This document shows, in pieces, positions 18,810 to 23,052 of a DNA stretch of 23,052 bases. Source of the stretch: a bacterium MnTg02 (GTDB lineage: Bacteria; Pseudomonadota; Alphaproteobacteria; Rhizobiales; BFAS01); the NCBI GenBank assembly GCA_008974985.1, contig BFAS01000066.1:1-23052 (forward strand). The letters are read 5' to 3'. The position numbers and the translations under genes were made by a program. Position 1 is the first letter of the stretch, and every line of letters starts with the position of its first letter. A model generated the notes under the pieces. It saw only the letters and a program-made list of their open reading frames with translations, had not been told where the DNA came from and made no database searches.

Positions 18810-18838
18810 TTGACAGAAGAAAGCACCGCCCCCTAAAT
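18810..18838 (+). promoter_or_regulatory. Near-consensus alphaproteobacterial sigma70 promoter CTTGACA-N17-CTAAAT for tRNA-Ala
   Basis: -35 at 18810-18815 and -10 at 18833-18838 with a 17-nt spacer; a predicted TSS about 25 nt before the tRNA 5' end. Confidence 0.5.
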
Positions 18839-18870
18839 GACGCTCGATCTTTCCCACTTTTGGGATTTCC

Positions 18871-18946
<76 letters not shown>

Positions 18947-19151
18947 CCGGATTTCTGGCAAACCGGGGTCCATGAACGCATACGGCGGAAACGCCGCGAT
19001 TCCGGGGCGTTCGGCTGGGACGGCTCCGGTAACCATGGCTGGGAGACGCACAAATTTCGAGTTTCCGGACCAATTCCGCCAATCGTCTCTGTCGGCCGGT
19101 TTCGAGCGCCATAACTTTTCGCCCTATTTGTGCGGTGCACTGGTTGATTTA

Positions 19152-20849
19152 TCAGGCAAAGCCGAGGACCCGGCGCTGCTCCGCCCATAACACCGGGAGA
19201 TCGCGTATCCGTTTCAGCCGGCTGGCCGTCATCTCGATGGGCTGGCGACCAGCCAGGATCGCTTCGACGATATCGGGAGCAAGAAGGCCGAGTGGAAGAA
19301 TCCGGCTGACATCGCCCTGATTGACACCATGATTTTCGGCGAGATCACGGACCGATTGCACTTCGCCACCCCTGATCTGCGTGAACCAATATCGGCCCTG
19401 CGCGACGGCTGCGATCAGATGCGGGTCGGGCACAGGCGGCCGTTGCCGTTCGTCGGTGATGACGAGCTTCATCTCCACACCACGCCGCCTGAGCCTGACC
19501 GGGAGATCGAGCTTGAATTTATGTTCGCCCTGCGCTGCCGTCTTCACATCTGCATTGTCAGTATCGCCATGACTCAGAATCTTACACATTCTCTGTGTGT
19601 GGAGAACGATGCTGACGCGATCCTGTCCGATTTCGATGCGATCGACCATGTCAAGCAGGAAGCTGCGCTGGTCGGCCGGCCCGGCTTCAAGAATTCGATT
19701 TCCCAGGCGGGATGCCTCGGACAGTTTTAGTTTCATGCGCCTGCCCGCCAAGTGCAGGGCTTCGCTCAGACGGAGCCCATCGCCCAGGAACGAGCAGATC
19801 CCATTTAGGACGGCGGCCTCAATCATTGGCGCCGGTAGCCGCCATCCGGTATCCGCATCCGGTGATTTTCCCGTCGCCGGCCTCGAGACGTAGTAGCGAT
19901 ACCGCCGGCCAGCCTTGCTGGCATGGGAAGGAGCCATCCGGTTGCCGTCCTCATCGAAGAGAATGCCGGCCAATAGGCTTGGAGATTTGGCGTTGGAGTT
20001 GCGATGCCGAACCACCGCGTTGCGCCCGAGTTGCTCCTGCACGGCGTCCCAGGTCTTGGTAATGATCGCCTCATGCTCTCCGGCATGGCGCTCGCCCTTA
20101 TGGCCGATCTCGCCGACATAGATCGGATTCGCCAACAGCTTGTAGATATGGCCGCGCGTGAACGGTTCGCCGCCTTTCCGTCTGCCGCTATTGGACTTCC
20201 GGAGCTTCGTTCGCAGCCCCCGCCGGTCGGCCTCTTCCTTGACCAGCCGGACATTGGCATGCTGCAGGTAGAGCCGGAACAGCATGCGGACCGTTTCCGC
20301 CTCGGTCTCGTTGATGATCAGCTTGCGGTCGATGACGTCATAGCCCAGGGGCACGACGCCCCCCATCCACATGCCTTTCCTCTTGGAGGCGGCGATCTTG
20401 TCGCGGATGCGCTCGCCCGTCACCTCGCGCTCGAACTGCGCGAAGGACAAGAGCATGTTGAGGGTAAGCCGGCCCATCGAGGTCGTGGTGTTGAAGGCTT
20501 GCGTAATCGAGACGAAGGACACGTCATTTGCATCGAAGTGCTCGACGATCCTGGCAAAGTCAGCCAGCGATCGGGTGAGCCGGTCGACCTTGTAGACGAC
20601 GACCGTATCGACCTTCCCGGCCTGGATATCAGCGAGCAGGCGCCGGAGCGCCGGTCGGTCCATCGTGCCGCCCGAATAGGCGCCATCGTCGTAACGGGTC
20701 CTGATCAGGTGCCAGCCTTCACCCGCCTGGCTCGCGATATAGGCCTCGCACGCCTCGCGCTGCGCATCGAGAGAGTTAAAGTCCTGTTCGAGCCCGTCCT
20801 CAGTGGACTTGCGCGTATATATCGCGCAGCGCAGACGATGGCGGCTCAT
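19152..20849 (-). CDS. Large serine recombinase (resolvase/invertase-type catalytic domain + recombinase domain + C-terminal zinc-ribbon/coiled-coil region)
   Basis: N-terminal [12 protein letters not shown]...SLDAQREAC, with the catalytic Ser in YTRKST, then [11 protein letters not shown] and the large-serine-recombinase 'recombinase' domain; 565 aa. Confidence 0.9.
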   Translation of the reverse strand: MSRHRLRCAIYTRKSTEDGLEQDFNSLDAQREACEAYIASQAGEGWHLIRTRYDDGAYSGGTMDRPALRRLLADIQAGKVDTVVVYKVDRLTRSLADFARIVEHFDANDVSFVSITQAFNTTTSMGRLTLNMLLSFAQFEREVTGERIRDKIAASKRKGMWMGGVVPLGYDVIDRKLIINETEAETVRMLFRLYLQHANVRLVKEEADRRGLRTKLRKSNSGRRKGGEPFTRGHIYKLLANPIYVGEIGHKGERHAGEHEAIITKTWDAVQEQLGRNAVVRHRNSNAKSPSLLAGILFDEDGNRMAPSHASKAGRRYRYYVSRPATGKSPDADTGWRLPAPMIEAAVLNGICSFLGDGLRLSEALHLAGRRMKLKLSEASRLGNRILEAGPADQRSFLLDMVDRIEIGQDRVSIVLHTQRMCKILSHGDTDNADVKTAAQGEHKFKLDLPVRLRRRGVEMKLVITDERQRPPVPDPHLIAAVAQGRYWFTQIRGGEVQSVRDLAENHGVNQGDVSRILPLGLLAPDIVEAILAGRQPIEMTASRLKRIRDLPVLWAEQRRVLGFA

Positions 20850-21310
20850 GGTGCATCAACCGAGGTCAGGCCGAAGAACCGCGGCCCCGACCAACGCGCC
20901 CCGGTGATCGCGCGCGCGATGGCGGATAGCGACCGGTGCCGGTCGCCATTCCAGACGAACCCGCCCTCGGTCACCTCGACGACGTGGCTGACGCCGTTCC
21001 ACTCGCGAACCAGCCGTGCGCCAGGCTGCAGCCTTGACGATGCTTTGCGGTTGCCGTGATCGCTTTTGACTGTGCCGTTGGCGATCATTCTAAGCCGGCG
21101 GTCGGCGGCCGGCCTTAGCCCACCATATCGCTTTGCCTGCATCTGGTAAGCGATGGCACGGATGAGGAGACGCCGGCTAATGCCCTTGGGTGAATCGGTG
21201 CGATAGGACGTTCGCCAGCGCTCGACCAGCTCTGCACGGTTGAGATCGGCGAGCGCGTCGATCTCCCGTTCAAGCCTCGCGATCGTCATGATAGGTGGAG
21301 GTGCGGCCAA
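20846..21310 (-). CDS. DUF2924 domain protein (common partner of large serine recombinases)
   Basis: LREWNGVSHVVEV...GDRHRSLSAIARAITGARWSGPRFFGL resembles the DUF2924 family. Its TGA stop overlaps the recombinase ATG (ATGA, 4-nt overlap). Confidence 0.7.
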   Translation of the reverse strand: MAAPPPIMTIARLEREIDALADLNRAELVERWRTSYRTDSPKGISRRLLIRAIAYQMQAKRYGGLRPAADRRLRMIANGTVKSDHGNRKASSRLQPGARLVREWNGVSHVVEVTEGGFVWNGDRHRSLSAIARAITGARWSGPRFFGLTSVDAP

Positions 21311-21551
21311 CGCCGCGCCTCGCCCTCCCGGCGTTGATCCCGCCGCAGAATCTCCGATGCGGCGCCTTCATCGTCGGCTTGGTTCATTGCCGCGCAAGAC
21401 ACCACGCTCCCGTCGCCGCCGGTTGCCCGCGCTGTCTTCAAGCTGGTGTTACACACAACCTCGACGTAACTTCTGCGCTGCCGCAACAGGCAGGGGCTAA
21501 CGGTACTATCGTTCATGCTCATGGCAATCACCTGACCGTTGGTTTGCCGCG

Positions 21552-21851
21552 TTAGCCGCGCTCAACGATCCGGTAGACCCGGCCGCGCCCATCCACTTTC
21601 TCGGATAAGATGGCGAGGCCGAGCTTCTTCCTGAGGGCGCCACTGATGGCACCGCGCACCGAGGCTGCCTGCCAGCCGGTCACATCAACAAGTTCGTCGA
21701 TGGCGGCGCCCGTCTTGCGTTCGATCCGGGCCAGGATCAGGCCGAGTTTGCCGCCGGGGCGCGTATTGGTATCCGGTATCCGAGCGCTCGTTGCGGCGCT
21801 CTTCTTCTGACGCGCGCGTAGTTGCGATTTCTCCGAGGTTCTCTTGGTCAT
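21552..21851 (-). CDS. DUF3489 domain protein
   Basis: A basic N-terminus followed by LILARIERKTGAAIDELVDVTGWQAASVRGAISGALRKKLGL, resembling DUF3489; 99 aa. Assignment is by recall of the family pattern. Confidence 0.6.
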   Translation of the reverse strand: MTKRTSEKSQLRARQKKSAATSARIPDTNTRPGGKLGLILARIERKTGAAIDELVDVTGWQAASVRGAISGALRKKLGLAILSEKVDGRGRVYRIVERG

Positions 21852-22052
21852 AAGGGTGGTCCTTCGTCTCTGGCCGCGCCCCTTGCGCGGCCTTCCACCA
21901 CCCTAGGCCCCGCCGGTCGGCCGGTCGGGGCGGCGGGCGCCTCAATCGATCAAGGAGCCAGCCCTACGTCGTGCGACACCAAGCAATGCTTGCTTTGGCA
22001 GGGAAGTCCAGTCTTTCAGCACGAATGTTGCCGCCGATTGGAGGTATGGTTC

Positions 22053-22133
22053 GTGCTCAGCTTCGCAGTTATCGCGATGGTTTCGGCGATGATTGTAATA
22101 TCCCGCACCGCCGCCCGAAGAAGGCGTCCTTGA
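22053..22133 (+). CDS. Candidate 26-aa hydrophobic/polybasic peptide (V/M-LSFAVIAMVSAMIVISRTAARRRRP), type-I-toxin-like
   Basis: GTG at 22053-22055 preceded by GGAGG (22040-22044) with an 8-nt spacer, and TGA at 22131-22133. One predicted TM helix plus an Arg4 C-terminus. Lies inside the putative island. Confidence 0.2.
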   Translation: MLSFAVIAMVSAMIVISRTAARRRRP

Positions 22134-23052
22134 CCGGCAAACTGCGACGGACTGAGCCGTGGCGAAATATCATCAAGTGACGCTCCTATCGTGCCGAAAG
22201 TCCAGTGGAAAGGGACGCTGGGACAATGTGGTCAAGGGCGGCCGGTCCGCAATCCGGGAGTTTCAGATATTCTGTGTAAGTATGAGCCGTGCTGTTGATT
22301 ACATATTTGCTCCAGCCAAGTTTAACCTATCAGCGTAGAGCACGGCAAACTGGTTGAGGGCAGCCTGATCAGCCAATTCCAGCACTTGGCAATATCTCGC
22401 CGCGCAAGGCAGCGAGATCGAAGAAGGACCGGGACAAACTTGTTGCTTGGCTCAAGCTGTTCGAAAACCAGTCTGCAAAAACAAGAGTCGGACGACCCAA
22501 TGGTATCCTACGATTTCACATGGATGTGGGAAGAACTTGGTGTCTCGGACCTATGAAACTGAGCCCAATGAAGCAGCCGGAAATCGGACTTGGTGGGAAC
22601 CTGAGCGAGTGGGCCGAATGTCGGAAGAGCGGGGCAAAGCGGCCGCCTCCGGATGCCTGTCCGGACGATTGGTTGGTGCCAACAACCGACAGGCCTTCGG
22701 CTACTCGTTGCTGCCGACCCGAGCGTAAGGCGGCGTTTTGGGATGGTGGAGTTTAGGTCTGCCGCAGCTCAGACGACAACGTCGCCAACCGAGGTTCAAA
22801 AAGATCTGTGCGTTTATTCTATTGTTAGTAACGCGATGGCTGAGAGGGCCCTTTGTGCCAAGCAATAGCCAAGCTCAACCGCCAAAAACTATATAGGCGG
22901 TTCGCAACCCAACTCAGAGATCGGCGGTCAATGAGTCTCCGGCGCATGGAGTCATCCTGACCACTCGTCTCGAGGCAATTGTTGCTCTACTTTTTGTCCC
23001 ATGCATTATTGCTTAGAGAGACCGCAGCGCGGAAGCCAAGTAGATTGTAGCG

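Larger units (their letters stand above)
18947..23052. mobile_element. Partial integrated element flanking tRNA-Ala, carrying a DUF3489 / DUF2924 / large serine recombinase module; its far end is outside the window
   Basis: Recombinase module directly after the tRNA, co-directional genes with ATGA coupling, and trailing lower-GC non-coding DNA. No direct repeat of the tRNA 3' end was found within the window, so the boundaries are not defined. Confidence 0.4.

Noticed and set aside
21286-21531. 81-aa minus-strand ORF in the gap between the DUF3489 and DUF2924 genes
   Set aside because: It overlaps the DUF2924 start in another frame and shows no recognisable similarity or SD. It was left unannotated, though a small accessory gene here cannot be excluded.
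21855-21870. ttccaccaccct just upstream of the DUF3489 gene as a possible attR copy of the tRNA-Ala 3' end (ctccaccaccgg)
   Set aside because: Only a 9-nt match (tccaccacc), which is too short to distinguish from chance. Serine recombinase att sites are not expected to duplicate a tRNA end.

Overview
This window is a GC-rich (roughly 58-60%) alphaproteobacterial chromosome segment with Hyphomicrobiales-like synteny. About 19 kb is conserved housekeeping and heat-shock genes, followed by the left part of an integrated element next to tRNA-Ala.

Gene order: a short standalone unit with a 26-codon ORF; gshB(-); yraN(-); rsmI(-), divergent from an LpoA/LppC-type lipoprotein(+); hemW(-), rdgB(-) and rph(-), whose starts and stops overlap as an operon; hrcA(+); a 400-bp spacer; grpE(+) with a long low-complexity C-terminal tail; a 613-aa flotillin-like SPFH membrane protein(-) preceded by a ~200-bp AT-rich block at about 25% GC; alkB(-); dnaK(+) and dnaJ(+) with sigma32-like promoter elements; pyrF(+); a DUF1330 gene(+); folD(-), a DUF167 gene(-) and yggT(-); tRNA-Ala(CGC)(+) with a near-consensus CTTGAC-N17-CTAAAT promoter. 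Immediately after the tRNA comes a co-directional module of a DUF3489 gene, a DUF2924 gene and a 565-aa large serine recombinase, with a start/stop ATGA overlap between the last two. About 1.2 kb of lower-GC, apparently non-coding DNA follows and runs off the window edge.

Several things are not explained by the gene list. A perfect 16-bp-arm palindrome lies between rsmI and yraN, and a 12-nt exact half-copy lies downstream of alkB. The short ORF at 197-277 has an unusually long Shine-Dalgarno (13-nt anti-SD complementarity) and is followed by a hairpin and an intrinsic terminator. An in-frame 15-bp tandem duplication sits inside rdgB. A 26-codon hydrophobic/polybasic ORF with a good SD lies inside the island (type-I-toxin-like). 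The GrpE C-terminal extension is also unexplained.

The six-frame ORF track translates GTG/TTG starts as M; I checked this at the yraN, rsmI, rph, pyrF and DUF167 ORF starts. Several 'M' starts are therefore alternative codons, and the true starts are uncertain. No CRISPR array, rRNA or transposase was seen.
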